A DNA stretch of 63,520 nucleotides, counting the filler. It is 5 parts of 5 records of this genome, joined end to end, with 100 filler letters (N's around TTAATTAATTAA, not from the genome) between each part and the next. Parts side by side here need not be neighbours in the genome. Positions count along the whole stretch, not along the records: positions 16,393 to 36,217 come from SRR31156797_12734; positions 36,318 to 48,341 come from SRR31156797_12739; 3 more parts are not named here. The stretch is one strand, 5' to 3'. Below are positions 26,701 to 36,970 of the stretch, piece after piece (position 1 is the first letter of the stretch; each line of letters begins with the position of its first letter). The notes under the pieces were generated by a model that was not told the DNA's origin, made no database searches, and saw nothing but the letters and a program-made list of their open reading frames with translations. A program made the translations under genes and the position numbers.

Positions 26701-27930
26701 TTACTTTGCAATTCCCGCCTGTTTCAATTCTTCGATCTCCTGGTCCGTGCAACCAATTTCCTTTAAAACAACATCCGTATGCTCCCCCAGGGACGGCGCC
26801 GGAGTTTTGGCGCCTGCCTGGTTTTCACTGAAGCCGATCGGGTACCCGGGAAGTTGTATATCTCCCAGCCTGGGGTGCTGAAAAGGCGTCATGTAACCGT
26901 TTATTATGGCCTGAGGATCCTGCAGCACTTCCTCCGATGTCTGTACGGGACTGAACATCAGTCCCAATGGAACAAATAATTCCATCCATTCCGATTGGGT
27001 TTTTTCGGCAAATACTTTGTCAAACAAAGCCACTAGTTCCGGATTGTGCCTGGTGCGGGTTTTTTTGTCCGAAAAGCGTTCGTCCTCAAGAAGATCTTCC
27101 TGGCCGGTTGCTTTACAGAAGGTGGGCCAGTATCTGTCTTCAGGATGGTGGGTTCCCAGAAGCCATTTTCCGTCTTTGCAGCAAAAGGCGTTTCGCAAGG
27201 GAGAATGCTGGGACCGCTCGCCGGAAGCGGTCGGGTCCTTGGAAATTGCGTTTAAAACCAGGTTGCAGTAGGTCAGCCACATGCCGGTGCTGAAAAGCGA
27301 GACATGAACTTCCTGGCCGATTCCGTTACGTTCCCTAACAAACAGGGCGGTCATAACCGCATAGCTGGCTGCGATGGCCGTGGCCTGGTCCAGTATTCCC
27401 AGGTGGCATAGCCTTGGTTCATCGGCGCCCGTGATAAACATCATGCCTGACCGGGCCATGCCCAGGGGATCGAAAGCGCCCAGGTCGCTTAAGGGCCCTT
27501 CCGGCCCGTAACCTGACACATTGGCGTGTATTATCTTCGGATTGATTTTGGATATGGATTCATAATCCACAGCAAGTTTGGTCTTGGTGGTTTTTCTGAG
27601 GTTGGTCAGGAAAACATCGGCGCCCTCCACCAGGCGGTTAAAAATTTTCCGTCCTTTTTCCTGTTTAATATCCAGGCATATCCCTCTTTTATTACGATTT
27701 GAAACGTCATGCATGACGCTTTCCCCGTTGGGAAGCTCCAGATCCAGGCTGCCGATTCCCGTCCAGTATCTTTCGGGGTCGCCCGCCAGGGTTTCAATCT
27801 TGATCACGTCCGCCCCCATGTCGCCCAGAATGGCGCCTGCTCCGGGACCTGCATGAAAAACTCCGTATTCGATTACCCTTATTCCATCCAAGGGACCTGG
27901 TTTGCTTTGGCTATTCGTGACTTCGCTCAT
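26701..27930 (-). CDS. CaiB/BaiF family III CoA transferase
   Basis: PLDGIRVIE, LGDMGADVIKIE, NRNKRGI and APSLGEHT motifs; RBS GGAGG before MSEVTN. Confidence 0.92.
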   Translation of the reverse strand: MSEVTNSQSKPGPLDGIRVIEYGVFHAGPGAGAILGDMGADVIKIETLAGDPERYWTGIGSLDLELPNGESVMHDVSNRNKRGICLDIKQEKGRKIFNRLVEGADVFLTNLRKTTKTKLAVDYESISKINPKIIHANVSGYGPEGPLSDLGAFDPLGMARSGMMFITGADEPRLCHLGILDQATAIAASYAVMTALFVRERNGIGQEVHVSLFSTGMWLTYCNLVLNAISKDPTASGERSQHSPLRNAFCCKDGKWLLGTHHPEDRYWPTFCKATGQEDLLEDERFSDKKTRTRHNPELVALFDKVFAEKTQSEWMELFVPLGLMFSPVQTSEEVLQDPQAIINGYMTPFQHPRLGDIQLPGYPIGFSENQAGAKTPAPSLGEHTDVVLKEIGCTDQEIEELKQAGIAK

Positions 27931-28105
27931 TTTTCCTCCAGATAGTTCAGCGCTCGCCGTCGTTTTAGTCTCAAGAGTAGCTGAGCTACATCTGCAGTGT
28001 AGCTTACATGCTGAATTGACAAAGCTTTTTTGGCTCTTTCCGCTGCCGGCCAAGCTTTGTCCCTTGGAAGACTGCCACAAATGCTTATTTCAGGCAAGTA
28101 TATAA

Positions 28106-28121
28106 GAATGAGTATTCATTC
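28106..28121. promoter_or_regulatory. Palindromic operator-like site
   Basis: GAATGA-GTAT-TCATTC between the divergent CoA-transferase and clpB genes. Confidence 0.4.
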
Positions 28122-28325
28122 ATTGTTAATAGAGCGCGCCCGACAACAATGGAATAGTCAGTCTAATTGACACGCGGAAAGCTTTATCAGAATGTTTCTA
28201 ATTAGTAAATTGCGATTTTCGACAAAAATAACCCGTTGTTAACTTGACAGCCTCATGCTCCGGTCTTACTTTTTTGAGGAAATAACAGATTTTGTTGATT
28301 TTCCTGACCAGGAGGAAGTGGGAAT

Positions 28326-30935
28326 ATGAGATTCGATAAATTGACTGTAAAATCGCAGGAAGCAATTCAGGAAGCACAACGGATTGCTGAAAATAAAGGA
28401 CACCAAACCATAGAACCATTGCATCTGTCCAATGCATTGCTCGACCAATCCGAAGGCATAGTAAGAACCCTTATACAAAAACTGGGGGCCAGGCATCGAC
28501 TCCTTATGGATGGAATTGAGCAGGAGCTAAACAAGGCGCCCCAGGTTCAAGGAAGCGGCGTCCAAAGCTATATGGGGACCGAGCTAAAAAAGGTCTTTGA
28601 TATTGCCTTTGCTGAAGCTGAAAAAATGCATGACGAGTATGTCAGCACCGAACATCTTTTATTGGCCGTACTGGCGGTCAAGGACAATCCGGCCGCGAAA
28701 GTCTTCATTGCCCAGGGCGTTGATCGCGACGGCGTTTTTAAGGCCCTGGTGGATATAAGGGGCGCCCAGAGGGTCACCGACCAGAATCCCGAAGACAAGT
28801 ATCAGGCTTTGGAAAAGTTCGCCAGGGATCTTACCGAGCAGGCGCGTAAGGGCAAACTCGACCCGGTCATCGGCCGTGACGATGAAATTCGCAGAATAAT
28901 CCAGGTACTTAGCCGCAGGACAAAAAACAACCCTGTCCTGATCGGAGAACCCGGCGTCGGCAAGACCGCGATTGCGGAAGGCCTGGCCCAGAGGATTACA
29001 GACGGCGACGTGCCGGAAGGACTCAAGGATAAACGGGTTCTGGCCCTCGACATGGGCGCCCTTGTCGCCGGGGCAAAATACAGGGGTGAATTTGAAGACA
29101 GATTAAAGGCCGTTCTCAAGGAAATTGAGGAAGCGTCCGGAGAAATCATTCTTTTCATAGACGAAATGCATACCCTTGTGGGAGCGGGCAAGGCCGAAGG
29201 GGCCATGGATGCCTCGAATATGCTGAAACCGGCCTTGGCCAGGGGCGAACTGCGCTGCGTCGGGGCGACCACCATTAATGAATACAGGAAAAATATTGAA
29301 AAAGATCCGGCTCTTGAAAGGCGCTTCGCGCCTGTAATGGTGCCCGAGCCGACCGTTGAAGACACAATCAGCATCCTGCGCGGTCTTAAGGAACGATATG
29401 AAGTGCATCATGGCGTTACAATAAAAGACAGCGCGCTTGTTTCAGCCGCAACCTTGTCCAACAGGTACATAACGGACAGGTTTTTGCCGGACAAGGCGAT
29501 CGACCTTATAGATGAAGCGTCATCAAGGCTGCGGATTGAGATCGATAGTTTGCCGGCGGAGGTTGATGAAATAAAGCGCCGGGTAATGCAGCTTGAAATT
29601 GAAATAGAAGCTCTGAAAAAAGAAAAGGATGACGCGTCAAGGGAACGACTGACCCGCTTGCTGGAAGAAAAAGATACGCTTAAAGAGGAAGCGGACGCCC
29701 TGGAAGCCCAGTGGGAAGCTGAAAAGAGCGGCATAGACCGTGTTGGAGAGTTGAAGGCTCAAATAGAACAGACCAGGGCTGAATTTGAAGCCGCCCAGAG
29801 GGCGGGAGACCTGGCCAGGGCTTCGGAATTGATGTACGGCCGTTTGAGGGAATTGGAAGAGCAACTAGAAAGCGAATTGGCCCGTGAAGGGGAAAAAGAA
29901 GACAAGCCTGAACAGAAAATGCTCAAGGAAGAAGTGGACGCCGATGACATTGCCGATATAGTGGCCAAGTGGACGGGCATCCCCGTATCCCGCTTAATGG
30001 AAGGCGAGCGGGAAAAACTGGTGAAAATGGAAGAACGGCTGGCCCAGAGGGTTGTCGGCCAGGAAGAAGCCATACAGGTTGTTTCCCGGGCTGTTCGCCG
30101 GGCCAGGGCCGGCATCCAGGATCCTGACCGGCCTATCGGCAGTTTCATTTTCATGGGTCCCACAGGCGTGGGGAAGACGGAATTGGCCAGAACTCTGGCG
30201 GAATTCATGTTTGACGACGAACAGTCCATGATCCGGATAGATATGTCGGAGTTTATGGAAAAACATTCTGTGGCCAGGCTTATCGGCGCCCCTCCGGGAT
30301 ACGTTGGCTATGAAGAGGGGGGATACCTCACCGAAGCTGTCAGGCGCCGCCCTTATTCGGTAATTCTGTTTGATGAAGTTGAAAAGGCCCACCAGGATGT
30401 TTTCAACGTCCTTTTGCAAATTCTGGACGATGGTCGCATGACCGACGGCCAGGGGCGCACTGTGGATTTTAAAAATACTATAATTATAATGACTTCAAAT
30501 ATAGGTTCGCAGTATATTACCGATTTGGGGGGACGTGAGCCCGAGGAAATGGAAAGAAGGGTGATGGATGCTTTAAGATCGCACTTTAAGCCGGAATTCC
30601 TGAACAGGGTTGACGACATAGTTATTTTTCATTCTCTCGGAGAAGAGCATATAAAGAAAATTGTTGATATACAGATAGATATTTTGAATAAAAGGCTGGC
30701 CGAGCATAAACTGACCCTGCTCATGGACAACGGTTCCAGGGAATTTTTAGCCGCTGAAGGGCTTGATCCGGTTTACGGCGCCAGACCTCTAAAGAGAGCC
30801 ATACAGAAACATGTTCAGGACGCCCTGGCCATGGCGATGTTGGAGGGACGTTTCAAGGAAGACGACACAATATCGGTGAGAACCGGGGAAGATGGACTTG
30901 TTTTTGAAAGTGATCAATCAGGACCTGACAACTAG
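28326..30935 (+). CDS. clpB: Chaperone ClpB
   Basis: [15 protein letters not shown]; Walker A motifs GEPGVGKT and GPTGVGKT; long coiled-coil middle domain. Confidence 0.97.
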   Translation: MRFDKLTVKSQEAIQEAQRIAENKGHQTIEPLHLSNALLDQSEGIVRTLIQKLGARHRLLMDGIEQELNKAPQVQGSGVQSYMGTELKKVFDIAFAEAEKMHDEYVSTEHLLLAVLAVKDNPAAKVFIAQGVDRDGVFKALVDIRGAQRVTDQNPEDKYQALEKFARDLTEQARKGKLDPVIGRDDEIRRIIQVLSRRTKNNPVLIGEPGVGKTAIAEGLAQRITDGDVPEGLKDKRVLALDMGALVAGAKYRGEFEDRLKAVLKEIEEASGEIILFIDEMHTLVGAGKAEGAMDASNMLKPALARGELRCVGATTINEYRKNIEKDPALERRFAPVMVPEPTVEDTISILRGLKERYEVHHGVTIKDSALVSAATLSNRYITDRFLPDKAIDLIDEASSRLRIEIDSLPAEVDEIKRRVMQLEIEIEALKKEKDDASRERLTRLLEEKDTLKEEADALEAQWEAEKSGIDRVGELKAQIEQTRAEFEAAQRAGDLARASELMYGRLRELEEQLESELAREGEKEDKPEQKMLKEEVDADDIADIVAKWTGIPVSRLMEGEREKLVKMEERLAQRVVGQEEAIQVVSRAVRRARAGIQDPDRPIGSFIFMGPTGVGKTELARTLAEFMFDDEQSMIRIDMSEFMEKHSVARLIGAPPGYVGYEEGGYLTEAVRRRPYSVILFDEVEKAHQDVFNVLLQILDDGRMTDGQGRTVDFKNTIIIMTSNIGSQYITDLGGREPEEMERRVMDALRSHFKPEFLNRVDDIVIFHSLGEEHIKKIVDIQIDILNKRLAEHKLTLLMDNGSREFLAAEGLDPVYGARPLKRAIQKHVQDALAMAMLEGRFKEDDTISVRTGEDGLVFESDQSGPDN

Positions 30936-30955
30936 AGTGGATTGGAGGAAATATA

Positions 30956-31402
30956 ATGCCGTCATCAAAGGGAGAAGCCATGAAGGATCTGACTTCGCTT
31001 CAGGAAAGAATGAACAAGATACTTACGGATAGCGTAAAACGGCTAAAGGAAATGGCGGAGCCGGATGCTGAAAAGGCATGGTCTCCGCCGGTGGATATTC
31101 TTGAGTTGCCTGATTCTTTCCTGCTGCTGGCCGAAATACCTGGAATACCGCGCGAATTGACGTCCGTTGAAGTCCAGGGGCAGACCCTTATTATCAGGGG
31201 CGAACGGCCGCAGCCGGAAGAAATGGCGGATGGCAGCCTTTACCGTTCGGAAAGACAATATGGAGCTTTTGAAAGGACGTTCAATTTACCGGTCAATGTA
31301 GACAGTGAAAGAATCAAGGCGCGCATAGAGAACGGAGTTCTGGCCATTACCATTGAGAAGCCTGTTGAAGATGCTACGAGGGTAAAAGTCAATATTGACT
31401 GA
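30956..31402 (+). CDS. Hsp20/alpha-crystallin small heat-shock protein
   Basis: WSPPVDI, AEIPG, ERQYGAFERTF and ENGVLAITI motifs. Confidence 0.92.
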   Translation: MPSSKGEAMKDLTSLQERMNKILTDSVKRLKEMAEPDAEKAWSPPVDILELPDSFLLLAEIPGIPRELTSVEVQGQTLIIRGERPQPEEMADGSLYRSERQYGAFERTFNLPVNVDSERIKARIENGVLAITIEKPVEDATRVKVNID

Positions 31403-31507
31403 TTGGGCCTGCTCATAAATGCTTATTTTTCGAATCAAAGAACCGATACTATTATAGATATGTCGGCCCGGCAGGGGGGTAGAATTACAAAATTGGAGTT
31501 TGCTTAA

Positions 31508-32359
31508 GTGTATAATCAATTAAAAACAGCAATATTATTAGGCGGTTTAACCGCTTTGATCATAGTAATAGGCAACCTGTTCGGCGGCAAACAGGGTATG
31601 GTAATCGCCTTTTTCCTGGCCGCGATAATGAATTTCGGATCTTACTGGTTTTCAGACAAAATCGTATTGGCCATGTACCGGGCTCAGGAAATCGGAGCTA
31701 ATGACGATCCGGAGTTATTTTCCCTGGTTAAAAGGTTGGCCGAAAGGGCCGGCCTGCCCATGCCGCGCGTTTTTGTCATTCCGGACGAATCCCCCAATGC
31801 TTTCGCCACCGGGAGAAATCCGGCCCACGCCGTGGTCGCCGTCACTGTCGGCCTCCGGCGGGCCATGGACCGGGATGAACTGGCCGGAGTTCTGGCTCAC
31901 GAGCTTGCTCACGTTAAAAACAGGGATATACTCATCGGCTCCATTGCGGCAACCATGGCCGGCGCGGTAATGGTCCTGGCCAATATGGCCCGTTGGGCGG
32001 CTATTTTCGGATTCGGTTCCAGCGACGATGATGAAGGAGGCGGGGGTATAATCGGCGTGCTTTTGACGGCTATTTTGGCCCCGATCGCAGCCATGCTTAT
32101 TCAAATGGCCGTGTCGAGATCCAGGGAATATTTGGCCGATGCCACGGGAGCGGAAATTGTCGGTCAACCCGAGCCGCTGGCCGCTGCCCTGACAAAATTG
32201 GGTCGAATAAGCGGTCGCATGCCCATGGACGCCAACCCGGCTACGGCCCATATGTTTATAGTAAATCCCCTGTCCGGACGCAGCCTGGCCAACCTTTTTT
32301 CCACCCATCCGCCGCTTGAAGACCGCATCGCCAGGCTCAGAAACATGAACCGAGGATAG
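31508..32359 (+). CDS. htpX: Zinc metalloprotease HtpX
   Basis: [25 protein letters not shown] and FSTHPP motifs. Confidence 0.95.
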   Translation: MYNQLKTAILLGGLTALIIVIGNLFGGKQGMVIAFFLAAIMNFGSYWFSDKIVLAMYRAQEIGANDDPELFSLVKRLAERAGLPMPRVFVIPDESPNAFATGRNPAHAVVAVTVGLRRAMDRDELAGVLAHELAHVKNRDILIGSIAATMAGAVMVLANMARWAAIFGFGSSDDDEGGGGIIGVLLTAILAPIAAMLIQMAVSRSREYLADATGAEIVGQPEPLAAALTKLGRISGRMPMDANPATAHMFIVNPLSGRSLANLFSTHPPLEDRIARLRNMNRG

Positions 32360-32360
32360 A

Positions 32361-33725
32361 ATGCAAAAACGATTTGTTATATTGCTTGCTGTTCTTACCG
32401 TGCTTCTGGTTTGGGGCGGTTCATATTCAGCAAATGCTGCACAGCCGTTTTCCAGGGAAACGCCGGTTGTCAGGGCTGTCCGGCTGGCCGGTCCGTCCGT
32501 GGTCAATATTAATACGAGGCAGGTAATCTCCGGCAGGCGCAGTCCTTTTCATTCTTTTCAGGGAGATGAATTTTTCGATAGATTTTTCCAGGATTTTTTC
32601 GAGCCGTACGGCCCTAAGGAATATGCTCGGACTTCGCTGGGTTCGGGTGTAATAATCGATGGAAAAAAAGGCCTTATTCTCACCAATGAGCATGTAGTTT
32701 CAAGAGCGACCGAAATTAAGGTCACCCTGGTGGATGAAACCGAATATACCGCCAAGCTTGTCGGATCGGACCCGGATTCGGATTTGGCGGTTCTTCAGAT
32801 CAAGGCCAATAAAACGCTTCCTTCGCTCAAGATGGGAGATTCGTCGGACTTAATGATCGGCGAGACCGTCATAGCCATTGGAAATCCTTTTGGATTGACC
32901 CATACCGTGACTACGGGGGTCATAAGCGCAACCGGACGTTCACTAAAATCCGGAGGAAGAATATACCGCGATTTTATTCAAACCGACGCCTCCATTAATC
33001 CGGGTAACTCGGGCGGGCCGCTTTTGAATATTAACGGCAATTTGATTGGAATAAATTCAGCCATCTACGATCGGGCCGAAGGGATAGGATTTGCAATTCC
33101 GATCAACAAGGCCAAGCGTATAGTCAGGGACCTGATATCATACGGCGAAGTAAAGCCCGCCTGGCTGGGATTGTCCCTACAGTCGGTTGATGAAAGGTTG
33201 GCCCATTATCTAAAGATACAAAGCGGGCGCGGAGTTCTGGTCACGGAAGTGGATCCGGACGGGCCGGCCGCGAGTTCCAATCTCCAACCTGGAGATGTTA
33301 TTCAAAAAATTGGCCGCCAGGCGGTGGCGTCCGTGGATGATTACGAGGATCTGCTTCGATCATATACTCCGGGAACGAAAATACAGTTGGAAGTGCTGTA
33401 TAGAGGCAAAACGCGCAGAGTTTCAGTCAAAACGGCAAGTTATCCAAAAAAAAAGGCGGTGGCCCTGGGTTGGAACAGATACGGCCTGAGTGTTTCAACT
33501 AAAAAAACAAAGACGGGCGCCCTCGTAATTAATAAAGTTCGTTCCGGATCGCCGGCCGGAAACATTGGCATAAGAAGAGGGGATTTACTGCTCAGAATTA
33601 ATGAAATCAGCATCGAGTCGCCGGAAGCGTATTTAAAGGCTATGACCCGCTATCGCTTGCGGCAGGGGCTGACCATCATTATTCAACGGGGCAGGGTGGC
33701 GTATAGAGTGACTTTGACGCCGTAA
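32361..33725 (+). CDS. DegP/HtrA (Do-family) serine protease with two PDZ domains
   Basis: LTNEHV, DLAVL and TDASINPGNSGGPL motifs; signal peptide. Confidence 0.93.
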   Translation: MQKRFVILLAVLTVLLVWGGSYSANAAQPFSRETPVVRAVRLAGPSVVNINTRQVISGRRSPFHSFQGDEFFDRFFQDFFEPYGPKEYARTSLGSGVIIDGKKGLILTNEHVVSRATEIKVTLVDETEYTAKLVGSDPDSDLAVLQIKANKTLPSLKMGDSSDLMIGETVIAIGNPFGLTHTVTTGVISATGRSLKSGGRIYRDFIQTDASINPGNSGGPLLNINGNLIGINSAIYDRAEGIGFAIPINKAKRIVRDLISYGEVKPAWLGLSLQSVDERLAHYLKIQSGRGVLVTEVDPDGPAASSNLQPGDVIQKIGRQAVASVDDYEDLLRSYTPGTKIQLEVLYRGKTRRVSVKTASYPKKKAVALGWNRYGLSVSTKKTKTGALVINKVRSGSPAGNIGIRRGDLLLRINEISIESPEAYLKAMTRYRLRQGLTIIIQRGRVAYRVTLTP

Positions 33726-33744
33726 GGGATTTGATCTTTTATAA

Positions 33745-33779
33745 AAAAGCCCCTGAAGCCTTCGGCGCCAGGGGCTTTT
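33745..33779. terminator. Bidirectional intrinsic terminator
   Basis: AAAAGCCCCTG...CAGGGGCTTTT between convergent genes. Confidence 0.8.
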
Positions 33780-33786
33780 GTGATTT

Positions 33787-34551
33787 TTAATCCAGTTTAA
33801 TCACCCAGACGGCGAATCCGATGTTATCCATTTCCCAGGCGGTATTCCGCGCCCAACCGTTCAGAAATTCCGCCAGTTCATGGTCCTCTGGATTTTTCTT
33901 CTTTAAATAAGCGATAGGCTCGGCTTGCGGCTTGGCATAAGCCTCCCATCCGGCCGTTCCATCATCAAGGATTTCAACAACCCGGCCAATGCTGTTAAAA
34001 CGCTCCGTGATCGCATCCTTGGTCAGTTTCGGCAGCCTTTCGTCGTCGCCTGCTTCGTCTAATCTGTAAGGCTCGCCGATCACAAGGCTGCCGCCTTGCA
34101 GAACCAGGGGGCGCATAGCTCCAAGGCCTTCTTCCAGGTCCGGCCAGATGATGGTCGTCGCCCCAAGACACATTACGGCATTCCACTGGTTTTTCGTTTT
34201 GGCTGCGAATTCGGCGGCATCTCCCTGCTTGAAGTTGCATAACTCGTAAAGTCCCGAGTATTCGGCCCTGGACCATGCTTCACGATAAAAGTCCGGCAGA
34301 ATTTCAATTCCGGTGAGTTTAACCTTATATACGTGAACAAGGGGCAGTGATGCGCCTGCCTTGCCGCAGGCCAGGTCAAGAACCGTCTGCCCCGGCCTTA
34401 AATCCAATATCGGCCCCAACCGTTTAAAGGTTTCCGGCAAAACTGGATTGAGGACCACCATGTCAATAAAAACTTCAGCCAGGTAGGGAACTAATCTGGG
34501 TTCAACTCCCAATTTTCCGGCCAGATATTGATATACTTCCTGATCTTTCAT
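33787..34551 (-). CDS. Class I SAM-dependent methyltransferase
   Basis: VLDLACGKAG motif I; RBS GAGGAG. Confidence 0.85.
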   Translation of the reverse strand: MKDQEVYQYLAGKLGVEPRLVPYLAEVFIDMVVLNPVLPETFKRLGPILDLRPGQTVLDLACGKAGASLPLVHVYKVKLTGIEILPDFYREAWSRAEYSGLYELCNFKQGDAAEFAAKTKNQWNAVMCLGATTIIWPDLEEGLGAMRPLVLQGGSLVIGEPYRLDEAGDDERLPKLTKDAITERFNSIGRVVEILDDGTAGWEAYAKPQAEPIAYLKKKNPEDHELAEFLNGWARNTAWEMDNIGFAVWVIKLD

Positions 34552-34774
34552 TAAAGGCTCCTCGGTAGTTACAATTGATTCTATCTCAATTGTGAATTAC
34601 TGAACTAACAACCTCGCCAAGGTTGCCATTCCCGACGCCGCTTGTCAAGTTAATGGATTAAGAGGGACCTTATAATTATGGCGAGAAATAGTTGTTCAAC
34701 AAGCCAAAGAAGAAAAACGGCCTGTATTTCGATTCATACTTGACATTTTAATCCGACAGCCGTTTATTACGCCG

Positions 34775-36061
34775 ATGGACTTTTTAATCGACATACCGGC
34801 CCTTTTCAAAGTGGGGTTGATTTTTATTCTTATTCTGGCGTCCAATTTGCGCTGGCATATGAGTATCGGCCTTTTTGCGGGATCAATACTATTAGGCGTC
34901 TGGATGGGACAGCCTTTCGACCGTTTGTTGATAATTCTCATGGAAGGCGTTTTGGCGCCAAGGACTATTTCATTAATTTTGATAGTCATGTTTATTTTGG
35001 TGATGTCCCGCCTTATGTCCGACTCCGGCCAACTGGACCGGATTGTGACCGGTTTTACGAAAATTGTGCCTAATGTCAAGGTTGTAAGCATGTTCATGCC
35101 CGCCCTTATCGGGTTGTTGCCCATGCCCGGCGGAGCTCTTTTTTCCGCGCCAATGGTGGATTCCGCCTGCCGTAAAGCCGACGCGGCGCCGGAAATAAAG
35201 ACAGTTGTCAACTATTGGTTCAGACATATATGGGAGCCTTGGTGGCCGGTTTACCCGGGCGTAATACTTGCCTTGAGCATGACTGGAATTGAGACCTGGC
35301 ATTTCATGGCCGTGCAAATGCCTATAACATTACTGGCTTTGACGGCGGGCGCCTTTTTTTTAATGCCCGGAGTCAACGGGGCGACGGCTGAAATTCCCAT
35401 AAATAACGGCAGCAGGGCGGAAGACTGGAAGGAATTCAGAAGAGAAGTCAGGCCCATTACAGCTATTGTGCTTTCTGTGCCGACGGTAAAAATATTTGAA
35501 TACGCCTCCGGGATTAACCTGCCGGGCCTGAGTTCAGTCATTATCGGCCTGACGCTGTGTCTGGGCATAGTGATTCGACGCAACCGGATACCTGCGTCAA
35601 GAGTCTTAAAAGCCGTTATCAATAAATCGGTTCTTCCCATGCTGGTTCTTGTTGTCGCAATAATGACTTTTCAGAATATGCTCATCGGCACGGGCGCTAT
35701 AGATGAAATTCAGGCCGAAATGTTGAAATACGGAATCCCGCCATTGCTCATAATAATGCTGATACCATTATTATCGGGCCTGATAACCGGCATCGGCATC
35801 GGGTTTGTCGGCGCCTCCTTTCCCCTGGTCATCCCCTTGCTTTCGGGAATGAATTCACTTGATTACCTGTTTCACGTCGGTTTGGCCTTCAACCTTGGCT
35901 ATGTCGGGATGATGATATCTCCAGTGCATCTTTGTTTTCTGGTAACAAAGGACTATTTTTCAGCAAACCTCTTAAAAAGCTACAGATTCCTTGTCGGACC
36001 CGCTGTGACGGCCTTTCTGACCGCAATGGTTATATTCGGTTTGTCCAGATTTATCGTCTAA
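34775..36061 (+). CDS. DUF401-family membrane protein
   Basis: PALIGLLPMPGGALFSAPMV, NYWFRHIWE and SPVHLC motifs. Confidence 0.85.
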   Translation: MDFLIDIPALFKVGLIFILILASNLRWHMSIGLFAGSILLGVWMGQPFDRLLIILMEGVLAPRTISLILIVMFILVMSRLMSDSGQLDRIVTGFTKIVPNVKVVSMFMPALIGLLPMPGGALFSAPMVDSACRKADAAPEIKTVVNYWFRHIWEPWWPVYPGVILALSMTGIETWHFMAVQMPITLLALTAGAFFLMPGVNGATAEIPINNGSRAEDWKEFRREVRPITAIVLSVPTVKIFEYASGINLPGLSSVIIGLTLCLGIVIRRNRIPASRVLKAVINKSVLPMLVLVVAIMTFQNMLIGTGAIDEIQAEMLKYGIPPLLIIMLIPLLSGLITGIGIGFVGASFPLVIPLLSGMNSLDYLFHVGLAFNLGYVGMMISPVHLCFLVTKDYFSANLLKSYRFLVGPAVTAFLTAMVIFGLSRFIV

Positions 36062-36217
36062 CCGTTGCGAGACGGGGAAGCCTGAAAAAAGCATTCATAT
36101 ATTATTAAAACTATTGTTTTAAATAATACGTTATAATCGTAAATAACCCCGTGTTGGTTGGGAAATAAACGACGAACGTTTATAATGGAATTATTCGGGT
36201 CATTTTCGGCGGAGCCG

Positions 36218-36317
36218 NNNNNNNNNNNNNNNNNNNNNNNNNNNNNNNNNNNNNNNNNNNNTTAATTAATTAANNNNNNNNNNNNNNNNNNNNNNNNNNN
36301 NNNNNNNNNNNNNNNNN
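36218..36317. other. Artificial contig spacer
   Basis: N44-TTAATTAATTAA-N44. Confidence 0.97.
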
Positions 36318-36457
36318 TTTAGATATCAAGCCCCTGGTCACGGGGCAACAGGATTGTCCAAGCGCTGAGTAAAACAATGATGGAGTAGGTGAAGGTTGTC
36401 ATTGCTTTGTGGCATGATTTACCTCATGTGCCATAGGATAAAAAAAAGGGAAATTAA

Positions 36458-36970
36458 ATGATGCTGGCGGGTCTTCAAGGAAAAATTTCAGAAGCCATCG
36501 GTATTGCAAAGAATCAATATTACAAGCTTGTGGTTTTTGTAGAAAATAATGAAAAAAATCGGACCAAGTTCATCTCCGAGCTTGCAGGATCTTATGGTGT
36601 TGATGTCATTAATTTGAATCTTCACCTGTGTGCCAGGCTTTTAGAAAAATCTGCCAGAGAACGTGTTTCCTTATTACTTGAAGAGTTCCGCAATATTCTT
36701 GATATCGATGCTCCCCTGGTTATTTTAAATCATTGCGAGGTATTATTTGATAACGCTCTCAAGAATGATCCTCTGAAACTGCTGGAAAATATATCCCGCA
36801 ATAAAACACTTCTTGTTGCATGGCCAGGGAGTTACCGGGGCGATAATTTGACATATGCAACCCCAGGGCACCCGGAATACAGGAATTATGAAAATCCTGA
36901 AATTTTGATTGTTACGGGCCATGACATATCAGAAGACCATACAACCACAGAGGGGAATCTGCATCCATGA
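36458..36970 (+). CDS. brxF: BREX type 3 BrxF-like protein
   Basis: YYKLV, EVLFD.ALK.DPLKLL...SRN, WPG and LTYA.PGHPEYR motifs; Walker A looks degenerate. Confidence 0.8.
   Translation: MMLAGLQGKISEAIGIAKNQYYKLVVFVENNEKNRTKFISELAGSYGVDVINLNLHLCARLLEKSARERVSLLLEEFRNILDIDAPLVILNHCEVLFDNALKNDPLKLLENISRNKTLLVAWPGSYRGDNLTYATPGHPEYRNYENPEILIVTGHDISEDHTTTEGNLHP

Noticed and set aside
28140-28325. Possible CIRCE/HrcA operator upstream of clpB
   Set aside because: No TTAGCACTC-N9-GAGTGCTAA match; only TTGACA-type boxes.
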